Source: a bacterium (GTDB lineage Bacteria > Bacillota > Clostridia > Oscillospirales > CAG-272). Taken from it: DNA of 64,000 bases. The position numbers were made by a program, and so were the translations under genes. The notes beneath the pieces were generated by a model, which was not told the origin of the DNA, did not search any database, and saw only the letters and a list, made by a program, of their open reading frames with translations. Numbering within the stretch: the stretch's first letter is position 1; every line of letters begins with the position of its first letter. The stretch is taken from the NCBI GenBank assembly GCA_963643035.1, contig CAVIKO010000004.1:3248-67247 (forward strand), in the 5' to 3' direction. Shown in pieces: positions 19,461 to 28,709 of this stretch.

Positions 19461-20564
19461 ATGAAAATCTTCACCTATACCAGGGCGGCATATCTCACAC
19501 CGGGCAAAGGCAATCCGCGTAATAGCGAAGGTGCGTTTTTGACCCTGCGTGACGGGCGGATTCTCTTTGCCTACAGCCGCTATCACGCGGAGAGCGCGGA
19601 CGATCATGCGGACTGTGAGATCGCCGGGATCTATTCCGTGGACGGTGGTAAAACATGGGACACGGAGCATATCCACACCCTCGTACGAGCGGAGGAATAC
19701 GGTGAGAAAAACGTGATGAGCGTCTCTCTCGCACGGATGGACAACGGGGATGCAGCAGTGATCTTTCTCTTAAAGCATCGCGAAACGCTGACCTCGGAGT
19801 GCATTCTGCGCCGCTCGAGCGATGAATTCGCTACGTATTCCGGAGAGGCGCTGATTCTGCCCGATCGGTTTCCAGCATATTACGTGGTAAACAACGACCG
19901 AATCTGTCGCGTGGGACCGGGACATTGGGTACTCCCTGCCGCTAAGCATCCGACCTCTCTCGGAAAAGCATCCGACGGCAATATCCACTACGATGGCAGA
20001 GCGGACGCGTGCTTTTTCGAGTCCACGGACGACGGCTTCACATGGCATCAGATGCAGCCGCTTCTCTTTCTGCCGGAGGCATCCTATACCGGCACAGGAC
20101 TGCAGGAGCCAGGGATGTGCGTGCTGCCGGGCGGCGTATGGTATGCGTATTTCCGCACCGATCGGATGTATCAGTACGAAACGGTGTCCATCGACCGCGG
20201 TGCGCACTGGTTCACGCCACAGCCGTCCCGTTTCTCCTCGCCGGCCTCGCCGCTGTTGATCAAGCAGAATCCGTATTCCCACAAATACTACGCGATCTGG
20301 AATCCAACCCCGGAATATCCGGGCAGAGCACGTACTACCCATTCGTGGATCGGTGGCAGAACGCCGCTTGTGCTTGCGGAAAGCGACGATGGAGTAAATT
20401 ATTCTCCGATGCAGACGCTGGAGGACGATCAGTGCCGCGGCTTCTGCTATCCGGGACTGTACTTTACGGATGAGAAAACCGCGCTTGTTTCCTATTGTAG
20501 CGGCGGTGACGATGTCGGCGGATGTCTGAACCGCACCACGCTCGCCCGGATAGAGCTTGCGTAA
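19461..20564 (+). CDS. sialidase-like (BNR/GH33-fold) family protein
   Basis: MKIFTYTRAAYLTPGKGNPRNSEGAFLTLRDGRILFAYSRY. ATG 19461 follows GGAGGAAAAAG. The longer ORF start overlaps the GH2 gene. Confidence 0.75.
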   Translation: MKIFTYTRAAYLTPGKGNPRNSEGAFLTLRDGRILFAYSRYHAESADDHADCEIAGIYSVDGGKTWDTEHIHTLVRAEEYGEKNVMSVSLARMDNGDAAVIFLLKHRETLTSECILRRSSDEFATYSGEALILPDRFPAYYVVNNDRICRVGPGHWVLPAAKHPTSLGKASDGNIHYDGRADACFFESTDDGFTWHQMQPLLFLPEASYTGTGLQEPGMCVLPGGVWYAYFRTDRMYQYETVSIDRGAHWFTPQPSRFSSPASPLLIKQNPYSHKYYAIWNPTPEYPGRARTTHSWIGGRTPLVLAESDDGVNYSPMQTLEDDQCRGFCYPGLYFTDEKTALVSYCSGGDDVGGCLNRTTLARIELA

Positions 20565-20622
20565 ATTCCAACGGTAGAAAATCCGCCCAGCAGCGGCTGG
20601 GTGCATGATCAGTGACGCTCTA

Positions 20623-21648
20623 TCATCCCTTGCTCTTTACCTGCGCCATGGCATCTAGGAGTGCGCGCGTCGGATCACAGCTGTGTTCCCAGTACATCAC
20701 GCCGCATAGTCCGTGTTCTCGGGCGTATTGTACCTTGTCGGCAACGCTTTCCGGGTCGTCATAGCTGATCCATTCACCATTTTCCGCGTTGTAAAGATAC
20801 GGCGCGTGTGCAGTGTCGTCGCGATAAACCGTGTAACCATCGTTGTTCCGCATACCGGATAATGTGCCGAAGTCGGGACCGAAGCTTCCGCTGTTTTGGT
20901 TGCTGACCATTGCGGATTGCCCCAATCCGTGGACGCCGTTGTCTGGAATATGGAGCCAACGACGGGAATAAAACGCTGCGCCGACGACGATTTTCTCCGC
21001 TGGAACACCGGCCGCCGTAAACCGTTTTACATTCGCGTCCACGGAATTGGGCTGGGCATCTGTGGAAAAAAGGGCAGTGTGGTGGATGGCGGGCGACCAG
21101 GTGCCGGCGAGGTCGTAGGTCATGAGCGAGATGTAGTCGAGAACCGGGACGATTTTCGGAATTTCCACGGCATTTATGTAGTAATCCCCGCCGCCCGCTG
21201 CGATGGTGAGCATTTTGTGTGCAGCAGGGCAGTGTGTGTTGAGAGCCTGCCGCAGTTCGTTGAGAAGATACGTGAAATTCTCCCGGTCGGCAGGATCCGC
21301 ATCGATGCCGGCAGAGTCGATAGTGGGGTATTCCCAGTCGAGATCCAGCCCGTCCAGGGCATATTCATTCACGGCGCGCATACAGGATTCGATGAATACC
21401 GCACGGGATGCCGGATCTCTTGCCATCGTGGAGAAACCGCCCGCGCCCCATCCGCCGATGGAAAGTAAGATGCGCAGGGACGGATTTGCCGCCCGCAGTC
21501 TGTCCCATATGGGATTTTTAACGTTCTCCGGCACAAAAAGTTTGCCATCGCGGATCAGCCCGAACGCGATGTTGATGAGATCGAGCCTCTTCGCATCCGC
21601 ATCGGTGATTGCGTCATAGTGCCCGAAAACATACGCACAAAGAAGCAT
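20623..21648 (-). CDS. glycoside hydrolase family 18 (chitinase / endo-beta-N-acetylglucosaminidase-like)
   Basis: Catalytic motif DGLDLDWEYP and LLSIGGWG. Start is the internal ATG (MLLCAYVFGHY) after GGAGGA. Confidence 0.88.
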   Translation of the reverse strand: MLLCAYVFGHYDAITDADAKRLDLINIAFGLIRDGKLFVPENVKNPIWDRLRAANPSLRILLSIGGWGAGGFSTMARDPASRAVFIESCMRAVNEYALDGLDLDWEYPTIDSAGIDADPADRENFTYLLNELRQALNTHCPAAHKMLTIAAGGGDYYINAVEIPKIVPVLDYISLMTYDLAGTWSPAIHHTALFSTDAQPNSVDANVKRFTAAGVPAEKIVVGAAFYSRRWLHIPDNGVHGLGQSAMVSNQNSGSFGPDFGTLSGMRNNDGYTVYRDDTAHAPYLYNAENGEWISYDDPESVADKVQYAREHGLCGVMYWEHSCDPTRALLDAMAQVKSKG

Positions 21649-21810
21649 GATACAGTCCTCCGTTTTGTTGCATTTTTTCAACATTGTAACCGAAAACGGA
21701 TGGAATGTCAAGAGAATTTTGGATAACAGCTGCTGTGTGCGACGAATCATCCTCGAACGCTTGCCGTAGACAATCCAAAAAACAACAGAAGAAACGGAGA
21801 ATACAGAACC

Positions 21811-22734
21811 ATGATGAAAATCGGACTGACCAGCTACAGCTGCAATGCGGAGATCATGAGCGGCGAGATGTCGATTCTCGATGTGATGCGCTATGCAAAA
21901 TCGAAAAACGCCGCGGCAATCGAACTTGTTCCCTTTGGCTTCACGCTGTATGACGACAAAACCGGAGAATACAACGAGCCGCTCATCCGTGAGATCCGGG
22001 AAACCTCTCGGGTGATCGACCTGCCGCTGTCCAATTACGCGGTACTCGGCGATCTGTTGCGGTGGGATCGGGACGCGCGTATGGCGGAGGTGGAACGTCT
22101 GAAACGGCACATCGATGTTGCACATAAATTGGGACTGTCCACCATGCGCCACGACATTTCCTCCTTCCGCCGACCGCTGGAGACAAATACCCCGCTCGAT
22201 TTTGAACGCGAATTTCCGATGGCAGTCGAGACATGCCGTCTTCTTGCCGATTATGCCGCGCAATTTGGGATCACGACCCTTGTGGAAAATCACGGTTTTT
22301 TCGTCAATGGCTCTGACCGCGTGCTGCGGCTCATCAACGCTGTGGAGCGGGAAAATTTCGGACTGCTGCTCGACACCGGAAACTTTGCCTGCGTGGATGA
22401 GGACTGCACGGTCGCTGTGAAAAAGTGTGCGAAAATCGCCAAAATGGTTCACCTGAAGGATTTCTATATACGGAAAACGGAACGGCTGACCGGAGTGGGA
22501 GGACTGTTCCGATGCGATGCCGGTTCGTGGTTTTCCACCAATTCCGGACTGTATATGCTGCGCGGCTCGATTCTGGCGCAGGGTGATCTTGACGTATGGG
22601 AAACGCTCCGTCTGCTCCGCGACAGTGGGTACGACGGATACGTTTCGGTGGAATTTGAAGGCATGGAGGACGGTCGATCCGGCAGTGCATACGGTATGGA
22701 TGCGGCGCGGTTCATCCTTGAGAGCCTGCGGTGA
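21811..22734 (+). CDS. sugar phosphate isomerase/epimerase (xylose isomerase-like TIM barrel)
   Basis: 307 aa with the LVENHG and LLDTGN motifs typical of AP-endonuclease-2/TIM-barrel family proteins. Confidence 0.8.
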   Translation: MMKIGLTSYSCNAEIMSGEMSILDVMRYAKSKNAAAIELVPFGFTLYDDKTGEYNEPLIREIRETSRVIDLPLSNYAVLGDLLRWDRDARMAEVERLKRHIDVAHKLGLSTMRHDISSFRRPLETNTPLDFEREFPMAVETCRLLADYAAQFGITTLVENHGFFVNGSDRVLRLINAVERENFGLLLDTGNFACVDEDCTVAVKKCAKIAKMVHLKDFYIRKTERLTGVGGLFRCDAGSWFSTNSGLYMLRGSILAQGDLDVWETLRLLRDSGYDGYVSVEFEGMEDGRSGSAYGMDAARFILESLR

Positions 22735-22739
22735 CGAAT

Positions 22740-24212
22740 ATGGATAAGCTAACCTACTGTAATCCACTGTCTTTGCCGGATGTGCCGCGTGGTGTAGATC
22801 TGTGGTCTGTCATGGCGTTTACCGGAGAAACACCGCGTGACTATCGATCCGTGAGCGACCCGTCGGTGCTGTATGAAAACGGCAGGTGGTACCTATATCC
22901 AAGCTACGGCATGGCATATGTCACGGAGGATTTTGCAAACTGGCGTCACGTGCGCACGAGTCCCTACAATATGAAATACAGCCCGACCGTGGTTCCGTTT
23001 CGCGGCAAGTATCTCATGACCTCCCATTCTCATGGACTGTATATCTCTGACTCTCCGCTGGGAGATTTCACGTATCTCGGCAGCTTTATCATGCCGGACG
23101 GATCGCCGTTCTGCCCGGTCGATCCCGCGCTTTTTGTGGACGATGACGGCAGACTGTATCTTTATGCGTTCACGATGCGTCCGAGTCCCCATCGCCGTGC
23201 GTTTGTCTCCGGCTCGATTGGCGTGGAACTGGATGGGGATGATCCGCGTCGGATGCTGTCCGTTCCGATTACACTTATGGAATTTGATCCCACACACGAA
23301 TGGGAAAGGTTCGGTGAACACAATGAGGATACCTGCTGCGGCTGGATTGAGGGGCAGTGGATGGTGAAGCGCGGCGGCAGATACTACCTCATCTACGCGA
23401 CCTCCGGTACGGAATACACAAATTACTGCATGGCGGCGTATGTCTCCGAGATGTCCCCACTTGCCGGATTTCGACCACAGAAGCACAATCCTGTCACGAT
23501 AAGCCGATCCCGTTTCATCACCGGCGCGGGACACGGCTGCATCACCGAGGGGCCGGACGGCACACTGTGGGCGTTTTACACCATCGTCGTCGGATATACG
23601 CACATCTACGAACGGCTGGTCGGTATGGATCTCATCGCTATAAACGGAGACGGAGAGCTGTACACGCCGCATGGGATTACGGATACACCGCAGTACGCAC
23701 CGGGTGTGATGGCAGATCCGGCAGCTGCGAACGATACGGGACTACTGCCTCTGACCCATCGGCAGCGTGCCATGATCCGTGCAAGCACGTCCGCACCGGG
23801 CAGGGAACCGTTTTACGCCGTGGACAGCTCCCTTTTGACCTATTGGCAGCCGGAGGAGAGAGATCCAGCGCCGTCTCTGACCATCGATTTGCAAGCACCG
23901 TATCTCACATCTGCTGTGCGCCTTGTTTTTCGGGATATAGGACTCGATTACGATCATGGTGGACAGCCCGGTGCGTATCGGTATTTGCTTGAGGGACAGC
24001 TCTCACCGGAAAACGGTGCGGTCGGTACGGAAAAATGGACAGTCCTCATAGATGCACGGGATAACACAACCGACCGGATTGTGGACTATCGCACGTTTCC
24101 CGCTGTGTCGTGTGAAGTGGTGCGGCTGACGATTCTCGGTCATCCTGAGGGACTGAAGATGCCGGGTGTGATCGATTTTACCGTGTTTGGCATACGGGAC
24201 GAGACAAAATGA
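22740..24212 (+). CDS. glycoside hydrolase family 43 with a C-terminal discoidin (F5/8 type C)-like domain
   Basis: The N-terminus (SDPSVLYENGRWYLYPS) is GH43-like and the C-terminus (AVDSSLLTYWQPEE) is discoidin-like. GTG 22731 is an alternative start. Confidence 0.8.
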   Translation: MDKLTYCNPLSLPDVPRGVDLWSVMAFTGETPRDYRSVSDPSVLYENGRWYLYPSYGMAYVTEDFANWRHVRTSPYNMKYSPTVVPFRGKYLMTSHSHGLYISDSPLGDFTYLGSFIMPDGSPFCPVDPALFVDDDGRLYLYAFTMRPSPHRRAFVSGSIGVELDGDDPRRMLSVPITLMEFDPTHEWERFGEHNEDTCCGWIEGQWMVKRGGRYYLIYATSGTEYTNYCMAAYVSEMSPLAGFRPQKHNPVTISRSRFITGAGHGCITEGPDGTLWAFYTIVVGYTHIYERLVGMDLIAINGDGELYTPHGITDTPQYAPGVMADPAAANDTGLLPLTHRQRAMIRASTSAPGREPFYAVDSSLLTYWQPEERDPAPSLTIDLQAPYLTSAVRLVFRDIGLDYDHGGQPGAYRYLLEGQLSPENGAVGTEKWTVLIDARDNTTDRIVDYRTFPAVSCEVVRLTILGHPEGLKMPGVIDFTVFGIRDETK

Positions 24213-24216
24213 GATA

Positions 24217-24258
24217 CGAAAAAGGAGCCAATCCGGCAGACGGAAAGGCTCCTCTTTT
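24217..24258. terminator. bidirectional intrinsic terminator (GH43 / radical SAM convergence)
   Basis: AGGAGCC (24223-24229) pairs with GGCTCCT (24247-24253). An A-run precedes it and TTTT follows. Confidence 0.7.
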
Positions 24259-24279
24259 GTATAGTGGATGGATTCGGCT

Positions 24280-25122
24280 TTAGAATCGGGTTGCGTAGCC
24301 GCAGGTTTGACAGAGCGGCTCCACGGCGCAACGGCGTGAAAATCCGTCGTAGATCGCTTTGGCGCGGGGAGAGGACAGGATTTCATCGAGCGGCGTGTCA
24401 AAAAGATTGCCAAGCGCAATTTTTCCCTCACTGTCGAGACAGCAGGGAACAACGGTGCCGTCGCAGAGAATCGCTGCCTGATCGCGCAGTGCCATGCAGA
24501 ACCGTCTGGTATCTGCCTTTCCCGCGTGCTCAATGGGCCATGTGAACCGCTCTCCCCATTCGAGATAACAGCCTTTTGCCATCCGGGGACCGCCGCGCAC
24601 CTCCGTCCATGGAGCTGGAAACGCCATGTGGAGGAGACGAAGAATCCGTGCATTCTGTGTATTCTGTGCCGGCACGTCTCCCTCCCGGTTCCACAGCCGC
24701 AGTACTGCGATGATCCCCGCTTCTCCCGCCGCCTTTTGGAATGACACGCACTCGCGCAGATACGCTTCCGGATCGTTCCCGCCATTTGCCTCATGGGAGT
24801 GGAGGGAGATGCTGATCTTGTAAAGGGATGCGGCACGGGATAGGAGCATATCGGACAGAGCGGGAAGCAGTACCCCGTTTGTCGTCAGGCAGACACGAAA
24901 TCTCAATCCGGCAGCAATGTCGAGGATTTCTGCGAGGTTGGGGTGGCACAGCGGTTCGCCCATTACATGGAGATAGAGGTATTCCGTATGACCGACCAGT
25001 CGTGCGGCAAGCGTGTGAAATTCATCTATGGTGAGAAAGCGCGGCGTCCGCGTGGTGCCGGGACAGAAGGAACAGCGGAGATTGCAGACGTTTGTGATCT
25101 CCAGATAGATTTTTCGGAGCAT
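24280..25122 (-). CDS. radical SAM protein with a SPASM/twitch-like C-terminal Cys cluster
   Basis: CNLRCSFC (CxxxCxxC) lies at residues 13-20. C-terminal motifs LCDGTVVPCC and CAVEPLCQTCGY. Confidence 0.88.
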   Translation of the reverse strand: MLRKIYLEITNVCNLRCSFCPGTTRTPRFLTIDEFHTLAARLVGHTEYLYLHVMGEPLCHPNLAEILDIAAGLRFRVCLTTNGVLLPALSDMLLSRAASLYKISISLHSHEANGGNDPEAYLRECVSFQKAAGEAGIIAVLRLWNREGDVPAQNTQNARILRLLHMAFPAPWTEVRGGPRMAKGCYLEWGERFTWPIEHAGKADTRRFCMALRDQAAILCDGTVVPCCLDSEGKIALGNLFDTPLDEILSSPRAKAIYDGFSRRCAVEPLCQTCGYATRF

Positions 25123-25454
25123 TACTTCACGACGACGAGCAGCATTTTGAACTGCTCCTTGCCGTGTACGGAATGGGGATGACCGGCGGGCATGACGATG
25201 GATTCCCCCTCGTGTAGCACATACGGCTTACCATCGATTACAACTTGTCCGATCCCGTCGAGACAGGTTACAAACGCGTCCCCAGAGGAGGAATGCGCGC
25301 TGATCTCCTCACCTTTATCAAAGGAGAAAAGGGTGACACTCAATGCAGCGTTTTGAGCAAGAGTCTTGCTGACGACCTGCCCTTTCTGATACGCCACCTC
25401 GTTTTTGAGGGTCAGCACCTCGGATTTTGCAATGTTTTTCATGATTTCCTGCAT
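25122..25454 (-). CDS. cupin domain protein
   Basis: GEEISAHSS...MPAGHPHSV cupin motifs. The stop overlaps the radical SAM start (TAATG). ATG 25553 is an alternative start giving a 33-aa in-frame extension. Confidence 0.8.
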   Translation of the reverse strand: MQEIMKNIAKSEVLTLKNEVAYQKGQVVSKTLAQNAALSVTLFSFDKGEEISAHSSSGDAFVTCLDGIGQVVIDGKPYVLHEGESIVMPAGHPHSVHGKEQFKMLLVVVK

Positions 25455-25621
25455 GGGAATATTCCTTTCTGTATTTGTATTTCCTTGATCAATCGCGCGT
25501 ACCGCGCCCTTGCCTTCCCGTTCCGGTATCCCGGTATCGGAATCTCCGATCATCGTTAGGAGGGGGTACTGCGGATCCGTGTCGCCATGTTTTCAGGAGA
25601 GTATGCGTAGCATGTATGGAA

Positions 25622-26143
25622 TTATACCCGCACGATGTAATTTTCCTTGCGCGGTGCTGCTTCCTTTTTGCCGCCCTGTGCGCCGTAGCCGAGGATACAG
25701 TTGCCGATACCAACATAGCGATCCGGGATACCCCATTTGCGCAGCAGTGCTTTGCCTTCCTCGGAGGCAAACATCTCCTTCGCACGGAAAATGTAGCAGG
25801 AATCCACGCCGACCGCCTGTGCAGCGTTCAGAAGATTTCCCATGACAAGCACGCCGTCGTAGAGATATGTACCGATTTCGGGATCCGCCAGTACGACCAG
25901 CACCGTCGGTGCGCCGTAGAAGGGATCGCCGTCCTTGCCCATGACAGCCGCGTTCATCCGGGAGAGCGCGTTCCGGGTCTCGGGATCCTGTACCGCTACG
26001 ATCACAGGGGACTGTCTGCCCATCCCGGTAGGCGCGTATGTCCCGGCCTCGAGGATTGTGTTCAGTTCTTCCTCCTTGATCTGCTCCGGCAGATACGCCC
26101 GGCAGCTCCGTCTTTCTTTTAGGTCGATTAAGGTTTCCTTCAT
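25622..26143 (-). CDS. nitroreductase family protein
   Basis: 173 aa with the N-terminal ERRSCRAY motif. RBS is AGGAGG. Confidence 0.85.
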   Translation of the reverse strand: MKETLIDLKERRSCRAYLPEQIKEEELNTILEAGTYAPTGMGRQSPVIVAVQDPETRNALSRMNAAVMGKDGDPFYGAPTVLVVLADPEIGTYLYDGVLVMGNLLNAAQAVGVDSCYIFRAKEMFASEEGKALLRKWGIPDRYVGIGNCILGYGAQGGKKEAAPRKENYIVRV

Positions 26144-26211
26144 ATGTGTATCCTCCTGTAGAGTATGGAAACGCTGATAGCAGGTTGTTTTTGTGTCATA
26201 AAGCCCACAAC

Positions 26212-26309
26212 TCTAAGGATACTCTGAATAAATCGGATTTTTGCAATAATAGGCTGAAAAATAAGGGCTTTTATCGCAAAAATAACCTGAAATCAGAGGT
26301 TTTCTAAGG
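26212..26309. repeat. palindromic intergenic repeat element, copy 1
   Basis: Imperfect long hairpin with arms anchored by CTCTGA 26222-26227 and TCAGAG 26293-26298. TCTAAGG occurs at both ends. About 85 of 100 positions match copy 2 (61475-61573) in a hand alignment. Confidence 0.8.
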
Positions 26310-26345
26310 CTTTGACGCAAAGACGGCGATGTGTGCAGCGTGTCC

Positions 26346-27581
26346 TCAATTTTCCTCTCTCTTCCGGCAGAGGTAGTAGTCGAGCTTCAATTTCATATTG
26401 TCCGGCATCTTCCGCGCCACCGGGCAAACCGCGGCATTAGCCATCCGGTTGGCGAATTTGGTGATGAACGTACAGTCTTCCACCATCCGGGAGCCGAGCA
26501 TGACCGCCACTGTATCGTACCGGTTGTGGATCGTCGCTGTGTTGTGCGGTGCCCAGCGCGCAAACGATACCGCCGGAATCCCCTTGTCCGCGAACGGTGT
26601 GGAGTCGCTGGAGTACACGTCCTGGTACGACTTGATTCCAAAACCCTCTTCCATAGCAAAATAGCGGATGTAGGACACGAGCTTGTCCTCCGCTGTACAG
26701 CACGCGGCAAATCCGCCCATGATGCAGCCGATCATGTCGAGGTTGATGTTCAGTACGATTCTGTCAAGAAGATCCTCGTGCGCCTCCACATATGCCTTAG
26801 AGCCGAGCAGTCCGCGTTCCTCACTGCCGCACCAGACAAACCGGAGCGAATGCCGATGCGCGTGATGGGCAAAGTACTCCGCCATCCAAACCAGTCCAAT
26901 GGCACCGGACATGTTGTCATACGCACCCGCGGACAAAGGGGTGGAATCGTAGTGCGCTGTGAAAAGAATGGTTTCCGGGATCTCGCCGGGCAGATCGAGT
27001 ACGACATTGCGGGACTGTCCCACGTATTCCTCCTGCGAAAGCGAGATCTTTGCTGTCTTTGTTTTGTTTTTCACCAGTGTGATCGCCGATTTCACATTGA
27101 TATTCACGCCGGGCAGCTTGACACCATTCGCGCCGTCCACGATGAACGAACGAAGCTCTCGTTTGTCCATGTCAAAATCGCGGTAATTTGCGTCGCCGTC
27201 AAATGTGATAAAGCCGACTGCGCCGTTTTCCACCAGATCGTGGTACTTCCAGTAGCCGAGATACCCCTCGATGAGGACAATTTTTCCGCGGCACTGCGAT
27301 AGGGAATACGGATCCATGTTTGTCAGGTAGTAAAGCGGTGCCTCAATCTCACCCGATCCTGCCAGACGATAGCCCTCGCACGGGATTGCAGCGCCATCTG
27401 CCAAAAGGGTTGCCGATACATTCTGCGTCATCGGTACATCAAACGGTTCAGTTTGCGCGGTAAGTCCCATTTTTGCCAGCACCTCGGTGAGATACACGGC
27501 GGTTTTTGTCTCTTCGTCGCTGCCGCTGACACGCACATACGCCGTATCGCGGAAAATCTGCATGATCTGTTTTGCGTTCAT
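26346..27581 (-). CDS. M28 family peptidase (aminopeptidase-like)
   Basis: Motifs HYDSTPLSAGAYDNMSG and GSEERGLLGS. Confidence 0.85.
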   Translation of the reverse strand: MNAKQIMQIFRDTAYVRVSGSDEETKTAVYLTEVLAKMGLTAQTEPFDVPMTQNVSATLLADGAAIPCEGYRLAGSGEIEAPLYYLTNMDPYSLSQCRGKIVLIEGYLGYWKYHDLVENGAVGFITFDGDANYRDFDMDKRELRSFIVDGANGVKLPGVNINVKSAITLVKNKTKTAKISLSQEEYVGQSRNVVLDLPGEIPETILFTAHYDSTPLSAGAYDNMSGAIGLVWMAEYFAHHAHRHSLRFVWCGSEERGLLGSKAYVEAHEDLLDRIVLNINLDMIGCIMGGFAACCTAEDKLVSYIRYFAMEEGFGIKSYQDVYSSDSTPFADKGIPAVSFARWAPHNTATIHNRYDTVAVMLGSRMVEDCTFITKFANRMANAAVCPVARKMPDNMKLKLDYYLCRKREEN

Positions 27582-27602
27582 GGTGAAAGCTCTCCCTTTC
27601 TG

Positions 27603-28403
27603 TTACCCCAAAATGAATTTCTCATCCTCTGTCAAATCCAGACGGTCAATGGCGCGCTCGAAAATCGCCTTCGCCTCGTCCAAGGCACTCGGATGGTGCG
27701 CGTCACTGCCCATGTAGAATTTACAGCCTGTTTCTCGTGCAATCCGGAACGGCCGCAGTACGATGTCCGTTTCTGCGTCCGTGCATTTCATGTCGTCCGC
27801 GTTCAGTTCAATGCCGACGCCGCACGCCGCCGCACGTCGGAACGCCTTGTACATTCCGTCCGTATCAATGGCGGCAATGGTATCGAGAAACGTTTGCCGA
27901 TTCCGGTCGATCAGCCCGCAGACCAGATGTGCGATTCCGATCTTATAAAACGGCAAATCGCAGTCTAAAAGGGCATTTAGCTTTTTGAGCCAGAAATCCG
28001 CCTTGTCTGTCGGAGAAACGATTTCTGCCGGGATCGTGTGTCCCACCATGTGAAAATGTGTTGTTGGTACGATGATGAACGCAAACTCGTCGAGCCGTTC
28101 CTTCGATACGCCGACGGTCATAAACCGATCCATCTCTGTTTCGCAGCCAAAGAGGAAACGGATTCCCTCTGCCTGCGGCAATGGCAAAGCAGCCTTCACG
28201 TGTGCGAGATTCTGTATCTCATAAAATCCGGATTCGGCGGACAGCGGGATCGTCTCATCCCAGAAATGGTCGGTCAGACAGATCGTTTTCAGGTGATTGT
28301 CCTGTGCGTATTGCAAAATCCGCTCGTTTGTTTCCGCGGGATCGCCGGAGCAGAGCGAAATCTTTGAGTGAATGTGCAGATCGTGGTCGTATACATAACG
28401 CAT
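27603..28403 (-). CDS. PHP domain protein (histidinol-phosphatase-like)
   Basis: HDLHIHS at the N-terminus and GSDAHHP near the C-terminus. Confidence 0.8.
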   Translation of the reverse strand: MRYVYDHDLHIHSKISLCSGDPAETNERILQYAQDNHLKTICLTDHFWDETIPLSAESGFYEIQNLAHVKAALPLPQAEGIRFLFGCETEMDRFMTVGVSKERLDEFAFIIVPTTHFHMVGHTIPAEIVSPTDKADFWLKKLNALLDCDLPFYKIGIAHLVCGLIDRNRQTFLDTIAAIDTDGMYKAFRRAAACGVGIELNADDMKCTDAETDIVLRPFRIARETGCKFYMGSDAHHPSALDEAKAIFERAIDRLDLTEDEKFILG

Positions 28404-28448
28404 TGCGCTTTTTCTCCTTTCGCATACGGAAAGATTTTCTGTACCGCT

Positions 28449-28477
28449 ATTATACTATATCCTTCGGCATATTGCAA
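28449..28477 (-). promoter_or_regulatory. promoter of the PHP/M28 transcription unit
   Basis: Minus strand: TTGCAA (28477-28472), a 17-nt spacer, then TATAAT (28454-28449). Confidence 0.6.
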
Positions 28478-28565
28478 GAGAAAAGAGGCGGAAAACCGCG
28501 ATAGTTTTATAATATGCTGCATTTGCTCAAATCTGCAGGGGCAATTCATGAATCACTTGTATATG

Positions 28566-28624
28566 TGAAAATAAAACAAGGTCACGGAAGCTGCCTGTCC
28601 ATCCGGAAAACAGCATCCGTGACC
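28566..28624 (-). terminator. intrinsic terminator downstream of carB
   Basis: GGTCACGGA (28580-28588) pairs with TCCGTGACC (28616-28624). A T-rich tract follows on the minus strand (28568-28579). Confidence 0.7.
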
Positions 28625-28709
28625 GTTGCTACTATATCTACCCAGTAAAAGGTTCTTACCCAGAATGCACAGCATTCTGACTTCTATCCAAGAAGCGTTG
28701 CGTTTCCCC

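Noticed and set aside
21649-22767. N-terminal 370 aa of the 714-aa minus-strand ORF that would be fused to the GH18 gene
   Set aside because: This part is antisense to the sugar-phosphate isomerase gene and has junk-like composition. The GH18 domain starts at an internal ATG (21648) with a GGAGGA RBS.
24213-28709. Possible RiPP cluster (radical SAM/SPASM, nitroreductase-fold protein, M28 peptidase)
   Set aside because: No precursor-like small ORF with an RBS was found. The genes are split into separate transcription units by promoters and the repeat element. The nitroreductase is the small generic type, not SagB-like. Only the cupin/radical SAM pair is kept as a finding.
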